Source: Tubulanus polymorphus
Taxonomy: Eukaryota; Animalia; Nemertea
Direction of reading: 5' to 3'
Assembly (NCBI RefSeq): GCF_964204645.1
Contig: NC_134032.1
Location: 3,992,175-4,056,174 of the forward strand
Length of the DNA: 64,000 bases
Position numbers and translations under genes: made by a program. This document shows positions 37,040-49,379 of this stretch, in pieces (the stretch's first letter is position 1; every line of letters begins with the position of its first letter). The notes under the pieces were generated by a model. The model did no database searches. It worked only from the letters and a program-made list of their open reading frames with translations, and was not told the DNA's origin.

Positions 37040-37849
37040 GATCTCGTCTGATGAAATTCTCAGTTGAATGCGGTGGATGACACCAAAATACTGATTATAT
37101 ATGCATTCCGAAATCTGGACCAACCTCTAAAAATCTGATTGGTTTTTTAACTAATCATGTCATATATGAATACAATTTTCATTGGCTTTTTCCCAAAGAT
37201 TTTGACACTCCCCAAATGCATTTCTAGGACTGCGTAGGTACGAAAGGCGCATGGTGTTTCAGTCTGATTGGTCCAACACATCTTCACAGCTCGTATTGTT
37301 CAAATTTCTGAAATCAAATTGCCTGAACATTTTGCCTAGAGCACCTAACTAAATCAATTAGTATAAAAATCGCTTGGAAAAAATGTATCCCTAAATAGAA
37401 AACATGAAGAAGAAGATACTGGACTGAACAATGCAGTAAAATAAGTCTCTTCTTCTAACAATTATAATTTATAGTCGACTGTAATATAAACACATTCAAC
37501 CAAACACCTGCACGCTTGTAGTTGTCTGAATTGAGAGATAGGGCTTTCATTTTGAATAGAGTTGATCTCACTGGGAGGCGACGTTTTGTTAAAGTGGATT
37601 TTCTGGTTCCCATATTCGGACCATACAGCCCAAACATTTTGAACATTACTGAATAATACAAAGTGGGCTTGTGTTCCGTTGACGAATTCCACTATCTAAA
37701 AACGAAGATTCTCTCTCTTATTTGAATTGTTTAACTTTATTGTAATTTTAATCTTCTGCTTTTCTCTGAAATAAATTAAAATCAAAACTAAAATATAGCT
37801 GCAAAGCAGCGATAACGGGTTTTCTGCACAGTCTTAGAATCCTGTTCAA

Positions 37850-38065
37850 CGGTGGATTTCGACAAAGCATTTGATAAGGCACAACATCAGCCATTACTAA
37901 ACAGGCTATTAGGAAACAGTATCAATGATAGGTCGCCCAAATGGCTCAGAAGTTATCTCTGAACGAAAACTTGTAGCCGAAATCAACGGAACGCCTCATC
38001 CTGGAATAAGTCGGTCTAACTAGTGGAGTCACGCAAGGTAGTATCCTAACCCGTCTTCTGTTTAA
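37850..38065 (+). pseudogene. CR1/L2/Jockey-group LINE RT fragment
   Basis: Translates VDFDKAFDKAQHQPLLNRL...KWLRSYL* and TSGVTQGSIL. Confidence 0.75.
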
Positions 38066-38691
38066 TGTCCTGACAAATGACATACACAGTAATCCAATAT
38101 ATACCAGACCGAGTAAATTTCCAAAACAAACTTAACACGCTGTTCGACCAAAAAACTTAACGTTCCGACAAGAAAATCTTGTTCGAGTGAAAACAATTCT
38201 GTTTGATCGAACAATACGCTTTTTGTTTGAACCAAAACTTTCTTCATTATGACATAAAAATGTATTCGAATGAAAAGCTTTGTTATTGTTGAAATGAAAC
38301 ACATTTTGTCCCTGCAAAAAAATTTGGTTGAGCGAAACCAATTCTTTTCGAACGCATGTTTGAATGAAAAAAACAATTCTGTTCGATTGTCGAAATACTT
38401 AATACTTTTGGTTGAAAAAATTTTTTACAATATACTAGTTCGAATGAAAATCTTTTCGAACGAATGTTCAAATTAAAACGATTCTGTTCGATCGAGCAAT
38501 TGTTCGAACGAAAAACCTTTCGTTTGGACAAAAAAAGTTTGTTCAACTTTGTTCTAACGATTTTTTCAAATTGGTTTAATCGAAAAGGATATCATTGGTT
38601 GGAATGAAATAAATTTTGTTCCGATGAAAGAATTTTCAAGCGAAAGGTCGTTTGAACGAAAAAAAAAGATATTTCTGTGGCTCCGCAGTAA

Positions 38692-39067
38692 CTTATCGCC
38701 GGACGTAGGTCAGCCTTGTGACGCGATGCGATCCTCGTGTTGCATCGCAAGTTTTGGTGCTAGTCGGTTGCGATACGATTGTCAGCGACTGTGTGCGACC
38801 AGTTTCTGCCAGTCGCAAGAGTGCGTCGTGTGTGCGACCAGTTTCTGCTAGTCGCAAGAGCGCGTCAGTCGGTTGTGACAGTCGTGTCGCGTCGCAGAAA
38901 GTAGAACACGTGCGACTCCTTGTGACTGGCGTTGCTGAAAGTCGCAACCCGTCGCAAGGGAGCGTAGGTCGATGAGTCGTTGCGAGAAAATCGTCGCTGG
39001 CGGTCGCAGTGATTGGCATCGCAGTGAGACACAAGCCGTCGCAAGGCCGACCTACGCCCTGCTTAAG
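38692..39067. mobile_element. GC-rich foldback MITE
   Basis: Terminal inverted match CGTAGGTC(A/G)GCCTTG(T/C)GACG; many internal GTCGCA/TGCGAC motifs. Confidence 0.65.
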
Positions 39068-39889
39068 TCATTAGGAATTAATGAAATACCAGTTTCATTT
39101 ATGATGAAAAATTTCAAATGAAAAGTGTGGCTTATAAAGCTGTCTGCTCAAAAAAAATTTCAAAAAACATTTCATTTTTGGCAATAAAATTGATAATTGT
39201 GATTGATCGTTGCAAGTCACAACCAGTTAATCACTAATTAACATGCATTTTAATAAATCTGATTACTCCTTTACAGTGAACTTAGCTTTAACCTAGTAGA
39301 GGCTACTAGCCTATGTAGGCCTATGTATATGCGTAGGCCTAACATCCGAACAGATTGGTCGTAGGCCTATTGAATAACAACCCACCTAAATATCGTAAAT
39401 TTTCTTTTGAAGTTCAATCCAATGAGTCCGTTAATAAACGCAACAATTATACTGTGTTTGTTTGAGACAGTAAAGCTCAGTACCGGTAGTCCTAAAGCTG
39501 CGTAAAACTCGATAACCACTTCAAGCGACATAGCAAACGATCTCCTTTTCCCCACAGCGAACGCTTACTCCGAATGTCAAGTGTGAGTCCAGCATACGGA
39601 GTGTGTTATATACTTTTGTATTTAGTAAATACCTTGTGCATTTGACAATGATCGGTATGTAATATAGGAAATATAGAGTATTGATGGTATTGATATAGAG
39701 GTTGAAGCCCGCGGCCGAATAAAGTAATATATTCTTTTATTTTGATACCTCGTCGACATAACAGCTTTTCTCCGCTATATATCTTCGGCGTGTTTCGTTT
39801 AGGCCTACGACTCCCCTGTACACCTATGATTTATCTTAGTAAATACACGGTTAATTTGGTATGGAAAAATAGGTATTGCTTAACTAACT

Positions 39890-40290
39890 GCCGAAACCTG
39901 AAAAACTGAAAATGTCGAAATTGTTTGGAATAATTTATACGGGGCATTTCTTATAGATGATTTTGGTGAATTTAAATTTAAAGTTGGTCAAAATGTTAGA
40001 ATTTCTAAGTATAAAAAGATATTTCATAAAGGATACGATCTTAATTTTACTAGAGAAATATATAAAATATAAAAGTAATAACAACAAAACCATATGTCTA
40101 TAAGTTAGAAGATTTAATTGGTGAAGATGTTGATGGGAATTTTTGTGAAGAAGAATTGATTTTAACTACTGAAAATCTAGAACAAGAATACAAAATTGAA
40201 AAAGTACTAAAAAAAAACTGTTAAAAGAAAAAAATATGGGGTTGGACGGCCAGATGAATTTAATGATTGGATATTATCGAATAATAAAAA
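39890..40290 (+). pseudogene. Polinton/Maverick integrase C-terminal relic (SH3-like plus chromodomain region)
   Basis: VWNNLYG..FKFKVGQNVRISKYKKIFHKGYDLNFTREIY..YKLEDLIGEDVDGNFCEEEL..YKIEKVLK..WVG..FNDWI, with stops and frameshifts. Confidence 0.75.
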
Positions 40291-41029
40291 TTAGAATTTC
40301 GAGATCCAAATTCGACTTATTAAGTCAAATTTCCACATAATAAGTCAAATTTCCACATAATTAGTCGGAATTCGACTAACATAACGAATCAAATTTCGAC
40401 TTTAAGTCTAAATTCGATTCAATAAGTCAAATATCGACTTAATAAGTCGAATTTCAACTTAATAAGCAATATATATAATATATAATAAGCTTTTCATAAG
40501 CAATATATACCATGCAAAAATATATTACTTCGTTTCCGCGTCCGTTTCTGAGTGGCGCAGAAACGAAATTTACCGCGAAGAAACGCGCCAAAACGAGCGC
40601 AGAAACGCGCCAAAACGAGCGCAGAAACGAACTTCGTTTCTGCGCCCGTTTTAGCGCGGTTATTTCTCGATTTTGCGCCGCACAAAAACGAACTTCGTTT
40701 CTGCGTCCGTGCGCGGCGCAAAAACGAAATTTAACGCGCAGAAACGAACTTCGTTTTAGCGCCTCCTTCATCCTAAAACGTAGCCTATTTTAGAGCCCAT
40801 CAAAACGTCAATTTATTAAAACTATTTGTTTTTTTTACATTTGAATTTCTTTACTTAAGTGAAGGCAGTGCTACTGGCTTTAGTAAAAAATCAGAAAATC
40901 ACCGATAAAGGAAGTTTTATTGCGAATAAACGTAACTCTGAAAATTAAATTAATTAGAAAATAATTCGTATAATAATACAACGTTTTAAGGCCGTAATTA
41001 GTATCACGAGATGAACCCTGGCGCTACCA

Positions 41030-41576
41030 TCCGACCAAAATTACCGCGCATGAACGAAGAAACGCTATATTCGCTGTTTGGTCGGGCGCGTTTATCTGGG
41101 CTATGCCCCCGCTAGTGGGTATTTGTGGTTACTCTAACGAGGTTATACCCGTTTCCTGTTCGTACAACTTTCCAAACAAGAAGAAATCGTGCGTCTCGTT
41201 TTTACTATCGGCCTTCATCGGCGGGTTCATCATTCCTCTCATAGCTATGTTATTCACGTTCTATAAACACCAACAGAGGACTTAATTCGAAAGGACGCAA
41301 GAAACGCCGTAAGATGACGCTCGCTACTAACCAAGCCTCGATGTTGTTGTTCTGCGCGGCGTGGACGCCCTACACGATCCACGCCGTAGTCGACGCGTTA
41401 AACTCGTGTTAAACTCGTCATCAATTTCGTGGTTCTCGATTTTGCTTCCGATTAACATATCCATCATACTGCATGCAGTCATGTTCGCGCTGCTCAACCA
41501 CAAAGTTCGCGAACGCGTACATTCCATTTTCTTCACGATACGATGCCCCGTAAAAATTACAAATCGGCGGAATTAG
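41030..41576 (+). pseudogene. Opsin-like GPCR fragment (TM4-TM7), disrupted
   Basis: VWSGAFIWAMPPLVGICGYSNE...SC, FIGGFIIPL..FY, FCAAWTPY, FALLNHKVR, spread over different frames. Confidence 0.65.
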
Positions 41577-42354
41577 AATTGTACGACGCGTTTGCAAGTC
41601 GATCGAATACCAGTCAATCAGATCCAACGACTGCGACGAAATCGATGTATCAATGTGCAGCCTTGCATTCCTTCACACTATATTCTGTCCTGAACCCTTC
41701 AGTGCATCCCCTTTAAAACATTTTACAGTCCTGATCCGTCTTCGGGGGAATTTTCAACCCAGAGGTTCTGAACACATGTGAAGTATGGGCGATCAGCTAT
41801 GGATAAATATGATAAATATGTGAGCTGATAAAATGTCTAATGTCTGGTGTTTGTAGTTCATTTTCAATTAGAAATGTCTCAGGTGAAGTTCTGAACACAT
41901 GTGAAGTGTGGATATTCAGGTTTTTGAAATTTGAAAGTGTTCTGATATAATGTCTTATATCTTGTGTTTCTAGTTCATTTTCAATCATAGATTAGTCCTC
42001 AGGTGAAGCCCTGAATATTTAGAGTGTGGGCGAGGGGTTCAGACAGCTAAACCTTTTCGGTGCCAAACTCACAGACCACTCTTTATGTAAACGGTTGATA
42101 TTCTTTAGAATGCTGCGTGCAGTTAGTATTCCAGAAACCTCAGAAAAATTTGAAAGGAATAAATATGAAATTCGACGAAATTGAACGTACATATAATTAT
42201 TGGTTTAGAATGTTTTGTAATATCATAAATGATTTCAGGCGTTATAGCGGCGAATCGAGAGTGTAATCAAATAAATTCCTCCACAATAATTACATTTATC
42301 TATAGGGTAATTTTGAATGTCAATGTAGTTTAAGACCATGTTATGTATTGAAAA

Positions 42355-42640
42355 ACGATGTTTTCTGTCAGGTTGGATGTAATTCAAGACGATGTTTTCT
42401 GCCAGGTTTGATGTAATTCGAGACGATGTTTTCTGCCAGGTTTGATGTAATTCAAGACGATGTTTTCCGTCAGATTTGCTGGAACTCAAAACGATGTTTT
42501 GTGTCAAGTTTGATGTAATTCCAAACGATGTTTTCTGTCAGGTTTGATGCAATTCAAGACGATGTTTTCTGCCAGGTTTAATGTAATTCAAGACGATGTT
42601 TTCCGTCAGATTTGATGTAATTCAAAACGATGTTTTCCGA
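42355..42640. repeat. 34-bp minisatellite (GATGTTTTCTGCCAGGTTTGATGTAATTCAAGAC)n, about 8 copies
   Basis: Direct reading. Confidence 0.9.
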
Positions 42641-42757
42641 TGTAAGTGAGACGCAGTTCTTGAGTCGTAATTATTTTGTAAATGCGATGTGGCCGTTATT
42701 AGACCTCTGCGACACAACTGCCGGTGACGTAAATGATATATACACACGACGTGAATA

Positions 42758-45013
42758 TTTAGGGTTTGTGCTGCGTTCGCAGAAACCCTCTTGTATTCCT
42801 GTTGATTATTACTATTATTATAAATGGTCCACTTTTCAGCCAAAAGTTTTTCATAAAATGTAACTCCTCTCAGATTCGACTACCAACAGCTTATTAACGT
42901 AATTTTAAATTCTGTCAGAAATATAACTCAGCGCCTGACCATTTCGAATTTGCGTATAAAAATCTATTATGAATTAATCCTGCATAATTACCGGGTCTAA
43001 ACAGCGACAAGAATAACGCAAAGAATCGTCATCCATTGATAAAAGTGCACCCCGAAAAGCCTAAAATTTACCGCACGACCTTGAGCTTCAAAGTCAACCG
43101 TTAAATCACGGAATCGGACTTACAATTAGTCCGGATCCGTCATTTCCCACGAACGATAACTACAGCCGGTGCGTAATAAGTGTCTTATGAATGAAATATG
43201 GCGGATGGTTGAAATCATTTTCGGCTTAAATTTATCGCGAGTTTTAGGAATTTAATGAATTTCACGAAACCATGATCCTTAAAATGAGTCAATTGGTTAA
43301 TTCTATTCGTAAATAATTTACGTTGGCTACATTTCCTGAAGATTTCTGGCTCGATTGAACGTAATATGGACAGAAATGGTAGGAATTTTCATACATAAAT
43401 TTACTTCCGCGTTCAGTAGACGACTCAGATCGATGACAACGACAGCAGTTTTTACGTAATTTAAGGTGAGAATCCGTTAACCAGGGAATGTTTTACATGA
43501 TTTCTTTACAATATTAGTACATATGGTGGCAAATGAGTACTCGGTGAAGCAATGATCATTGTTGGCTAGCTACTTGAGCTAGCTTTTTTGGGGGGATACA
43601 CCTAGAATAGACCCTAAATGTAGTGAATAGAGACAGTGGAAAGCCTAAGTTGTTAGTAAGGGGCTGGTTTACACTTATGTGTACGACTATTTATTTCGAT
43701 TACTTTCTTTCCAGCTATCATTCGTGGAATGAACTGGTCACTACGGTCTTCAATTCCTTTTGCCGATTCCTGCAGCTGGTGGAAATAAATTTAAATCACA
43801 GTGTGCAAGTGTATGTTCCGAATCAAGCTTTTTCGTCATTGTCGTAACTTAAGCGCAACTCTCTCAGATGCTGTAAGTACTTGACGTTTTATGTAATTGT
43901 TATTTTTTTTTGTTGCCATGTTTGTTTATTTGGATAAGTAATCAGTTATTATACTTTCTTTCACTCCTCTATGATATTATATAACCGAGTAATTATTACA
44001 TTTCATTGCTTAATTTCCGGATGGAAAGAGGTCAGATGGCATGAAAATCGACTGTGGCTGACTAATTGGTGCGATTAGATCAGGCGTTGGTGTTTCAAAA
44101 GGTGTAGCCAAAAAGCTTGTATCATCAGGGAGTAGACAAATATCCGAAGATAAATGAAAACTTAGCCTCGTTGATCATCAGTTGATTTTGCTGTATTTTT
44201 TTCGCCTGGATAAATCAACTAGTCATTCAGTTCAAAATCTGTGTTCAGTAGTATTTCTGTCAATAAAATGAAAATTTAATTGACTTATTTTTATGTATTC
44301 AATATTGAAATTGAATGGATCTTAAAACCAGAGAAAGCATTCTTCAGAAATTTAGAAAATCCTAGACTCATAATCAAATTCTGTGAAGTCAGTTAAGGTC
44401 TTTTGCTCGAGTCAAACCGAGGGCTCAGATGGCTAGAATTCAATTCCTCAATGTCCTATAACGCAGAGTATGATAAAGTTTACACACTGAAAAACGTTGG
44501 GCTGTGTAAGTGTAATTTGGATAAGTTAGCAATATAATGACCGTCCTGGCCCGCTGCATCTGAGACATGAACAAGTTAGACTGTGTTGCTTCGTTGCTTT
44601 GACAAACGGACTCCTAAGCAAGATGACCTGCCAAATCAAATGTAAATTAAGAAAGAAAACAACACAATTGATCAGTCAATGCCTTGCGTCTTCAAAAAAA
44701 TTTTCCCGGAAATATTTCTTTTTCTGGCCACCACCTGCCTCGACACGCGACGTTTAAGTTGATACAACTGCCACCGGGGGACCATATCTTCGGTATCCTC
44801 AAAGCCATTTTGATTAGACTTGGTACATCAGTACTTTTTACATGGTAGCCCTTTTGGATCCAGCATATTGTTGACACAGGTTGCGCTTCTTGGAAATAGT
44901 CCTATAAAATGGACGAATGTGAATAATTTCGATGAAATCTTTTTTACGCTTCCCATTGCAACATATGAAACCAGTTAGGCAGAAACCCGTTGTCGCTGCA
45001 ATGCATCTATATT
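42758..45013 (+). mobile_element. About 2.2-kb non-autonomous Helentron-like repeat; further copies at about 45520-46920 (partial) and 53980-62135 (interrupted by the P element)
   Basis: 5' hairpin AGGGTTT..GC..GCAGAAACCCT followed by (TAT)n; 3' CAGAAACCCGTT.TCGCTGC.ATGCA.CTATAT; extensive colinear identity among copies. Confidence 0.75.
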
Positions 45014-46919
45014 TAGGGTTTTCTGACTTTCGTCGAAAACCCTCTTGAAATTCTGTTGATTATTATTATTATATATTTTCCGCCGATTTCGTCAAATAAA
45101 ATTCATCTTCATTCAGATTGGGCAACTGACAGCTTCGAAACGAAATGTTTAAATTGATACTGTAATAACGGTCTCTCTGAACCAACAGATTGTCTGAATG
45201 TACTTTCCATCCTATTTGAAACTTAAAATTACTTATTAGGTTACTGTAAATAAAGAATTGAATTGAATTGTTAGACAACAAGCACCGGCGAAATAACTGT
45301 TTCTGACGTCATTTAGTAAGTAGATAAAGGAGGGCTCCGAGAATTTCCAAATCACGGGGGACTAAACTGGTGTTAGACCATTCAACAAAAAAGAGGATTG
45401 CTCCGATAATATCCAATTCATCTCATTTTATTTTTTCCATCGAATACCCGGTAATTAATTTTTCCTTCCGATCACATGCATCCAGAAAACCCGTTATCGC
45501 TGCTTTGCAGCTATATTTATTATTATTATTATTATAAATGGTCCACTTTCCAGCCAAAATTTTCATAAAATGTAACTCCTCTCAGATTCGACTACCAACA
45601 GCTTATAAACGTAATTTTAAATTCTGTCAGAAATATAACTCAGCGCCTGACCATTTCGAATTTGCGTGTAGTAATCTTTTATGAATTAATCCCGTGTAAT
45701 TACCGGGTCTAAATAGCGACAAGAATAACGCAAAGCATTGTCATCCATTGACAAAAGTACATCCCGAAAAGCCTACAAATTACCGGACGACCTCGAGCGT
45801 CAAACTCAACCGCGAATTCAGACTTGCAATTAGTCCGGATCCGTTATCTACTGCGGACAATATGCAGCCAACTTGGCGGATGGGTGAAATCGTTTTCAGC
45901 TTAAATTTATCGCAAATTTATGGCGAGTTTTAGGACATTAATGAACTATGATCCCGAAAATGAGTCAATTGATAAATTCTATTAGTAAATCAATTTACGT
46001 TGGCTACATTTCCTGAAGATTTCTGGCTCAAGTCAACGTAATATGGACAGGAATGGTAGGGATTTTGCTATGGAATTTTACTTCCGCGTTTACTTGACGA
46101 CTCGGATCGATGACAACGACAGCAGAGTTTATGCAATTTAAGGTGAGAATCCACTAACCAGGGAATGTTAGACATGATTTCTTGGTCTAACTGCAGTTAA
46201 GGTTACCTCTCCAGTGGGTGGTGCTATGATATGAGTACATATGGTAGCAAATGAGTACTCAGCAAAGCAATGATCATTGCTGGCTACCTACTAACCTAAT
46301 GCCTAGCTTAATTAATAATTCACGAACATCAAGAGTCCTACGATATACCCTTGATATGAAGCTTTTAAAAGTTCATCAGAGACTTGTTTTCGAGTAAACC
46401 GAATAGCCCTTGAAATACCAATTCCACATGGCTTAACGGTCGGTGTCTATGCTCTGCGAGACAGTAGTTATAGATGTTTCATGACAAACGCACGATTTAA
46501 ATATTTATTATACTTTCTTTCACGCCTCTATTATATTACATAACTGAGTAATTCTTAGGCTAAAAAAATTGATACCTTGTTTCTCCGTTCTGCTGAGCTT
46601 AAATGTTGACCCGGCCCGCCGCCTATCTACCCTATACATTACTTTTTTTAAAATCGTGATCAATTTTACCATAACAGACCCGGCCGCTATAGAAATGAAC
46701 TGTTTACAAATTTTATCATATTTTACAAAAATGACCCGGCCGCTGCGGAGAAACAAGGTATCATTTTTGTTTAGCCTTACATTAGATTGCTTAATTACAG
46801 GTGGAAAGAGGTCAGATGGCATGAAAATTGACTGTGGCTGACTAATTGACGCGCGCAGATAAAGCGTTTAGGTTTCAAAAGATGTCGCCAAAATGCTTGT
46901 ATCATCAGGGGTAGACAAA

Positions 46920-47335
46920 TTATAGGACACATTAACATTGCCATGACTGTCAGGTCTCGTTTAGCGATAATAATTTCAAAATTTTAGATAAAGGATCTTC
47001 TGATTTAGATTGCTAAATAAGAGAACCACTTTTTAGCAAAACTCAACAGCCCTCCCTTTATCAACAACTATTCGAACACGGGTCAGGATTCATCCTCAAT
47101 GTTTTTAGATAATTAGCTACTAGTCAAATATCTTCACTCAGTAATTTAGATTGTGTGTAATTATTATCTTTGTATAGTAATTATGTTGTCACTCAGTAAT
47201 TTGAAATCATTTGTAATTAGCTTCGTCTTATTCTATATAAATACCAGTATGATATGTAAATTTAATCCCTTGCGCTATGCCTGAAGAGGGCTTAATGTAA
47301 CTCCCGAAAACGTTCCCTTAATAAATATATATTAC
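46920..47335 (+). mobile_element. 5'-truncated Penelope-like element fragment (GIY-YIG C-terminus plus 3' end with hammerhead-like core)
   Basis: HCHDC..FSDNNFKILDKGSSDLDC*IRE.LF; downstream CTGAAGA-GGG..CCC-GAAA-ACGTTC then AATAAA (47281-47325). Confidence 0.6.
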
Positions 47336-48000
47336 TTATTAGAAAATGAGATTTGTACTGTTTTTGCTTCTATGGATCTTTGAATATATTTTTACTTGAA
47401 TTTTGTTGGTGTTTTCTTTTATTCAAGATGTCTTTTAAAATTCATTTTTACTATAAATTCTTTACAAACATCGCATGTAATTTCATCTATTTTCATATTT
47501 TCTAATTGTCCTTTTCTTTCATTGGAATTTTCTGGTGTCTCAAAATCAATAACATTTTTTCTATATTTTACAGTTTTTTTTTTTTTCATTCCGAGATTTG
47601 TGTGATTTATCGATCTATTTTTTACAATATGGGCAATAAAATTCATTTTTATTAACATCAACTTTCTCTGTTTGGAACTCTCTCTCTCCCATTTATGAGG
47701 AAGAAAAATCAATGAGTGGTGATGAGTGATGTGACACCTTCTCGCCCTTTGATCTGAAACTCTGATTTTGCAATTACTGATGATAACTAAATGCTTGCCC
47801 GACGAATTCAAACTGTTCTGTACCGCCATCAATCAAAGAGAAAAGACCGTGTCTTTGGCTGAATTCAAAGTCGCATTGCATGATTATGAAGAGACCAATA
47901 AGTCAATCGGACAATTTTGAAGAGAATCGTGTTTTGAGAGTTAACTCGACACATCTTCCATCTCGTGGTCGCGTAAGACCTGGAAATAGCCAATCGGTGT

Positions 48001-48639
48001 GGGTCCTGCTAAAGTACAAAACTACGAAATATGAAACGAAATTACGAAATATGGAGCGAAATTACGAAATGGAAATTTTTTTGCCAGTAGTGCTAAAATA
48101 CGAACCGAAATACGAAACGAAATGGTCACATTTCAAACACACACCCTCAACTTTTAAGCTCCTCAGCAGAGGAGAAACGAGGTATCAATTTTTTAGCCTA
48201 AACACTGCAGGATATATTCTAAGGCACACTTCGTTCTCTAACCCGTAATTTATTAATCGCTACCTTCCAGTTGTATATGAGCATGCGCAGATAATTCTCC
48301 CTGATGGCATCGCTAAACTCAGTCGCGGCACGGAACCCTGCCACACTAGACCGGGTGCGCATGTTTAAGCCAGCTCCACGAATCCGCTGCTATAGCGCAA
48401 AAAATTACAAAATTTTCGTTTATATTAATTATATACATTTATAATAAAAATATTACATTTTATACTTTAGCAGGACCCGCGAAAAATTGACCACTTCGTT
48501 TCGTAGTTTAGCATTTCGTATAGTATTTCGTTTCGTACTTAATTTCTTAATTTCGTTTTGCATTTCGTAATTTCGTTTCATATTTCGTAATTTCGTTGCA
48601 TATTTCTTAATTTCCTAGTTTCGTACTTTAGAAGTACCC
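48001..48639. mobile_element. MITE with long imperfect TIRs and 9-bp TSD (Mutator-like)
   Basis: TSD AATCGGTGT at 47992-48000 and 48640-48648; TIR GGGT.CT.CTAAAGTAC.AAACTA followed by ACGAAAT subrepeats. Confidence 0.8.
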
Positions 48640-49379
48640 AATCGGTGTTGTGTTTCCGATACAATTATCCAGGACACGACATGGCCAAAAGCAGAGAAAA
48701 TTCGCGAAGTGAGAAATGCGTTGGCGTGAAAACCGTAAATGTAGAACGCATGACACACTGCCATAAAATTCGTGATTAAGTGAAACTCGTAGATGCGTCT
48801 CGAGGCATAACGATTTAACTACTGTTTAAGAAATTATACTTTATTCATCATTGATAGAATTCTAATCATTAAATCCGTGATACTTGGATAAGGTTTGAAA
48901 CACATCTAGCGAGCAATCAAATATTGCTAATAACAGCTTTGGTATTTCGTTTACACCGAGGAGAAAATTATCTAATTGTCTATGAATCGAAATTTTAGAC
49001 TTTTGCGAAACTGTCGACGGTTGAAGAATTATTCTTAATTCATCATTGAATGGACGTTTAACAGTTCAAAGGCGATGAACGAATGGAATTTTTTCGAAGT
49101 CGTCAGCATAATTGAATTGAATGTTCCGTATGATCAAAAAGATAGAATTGATACATTTTTAATAATTGGATAAATTAGAAACGAGGAAAGAAAGATGGAG
49201 AGTTAATAGTCTGATTAAGTCGGATAAAGATTCCTTAATTAATTCAATTAATTGAATGGAATACAGGGTACGGTACTGATGATCGATTTTTCTAAACGAC
49301 CGTCCAGCTACCGGTTGAGCTCGATTGTCGGAGATGAACAGTTTTAAGATCTGATGTACAGCGATGTTTTTGTGGACGC

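Noticed and set aside
47345-47665. AT-rich Zn-finger fragment (CDVC..FKRHL)
   Set aside because: Too short and disrupted to assign; possibly another viral or transposon relic.
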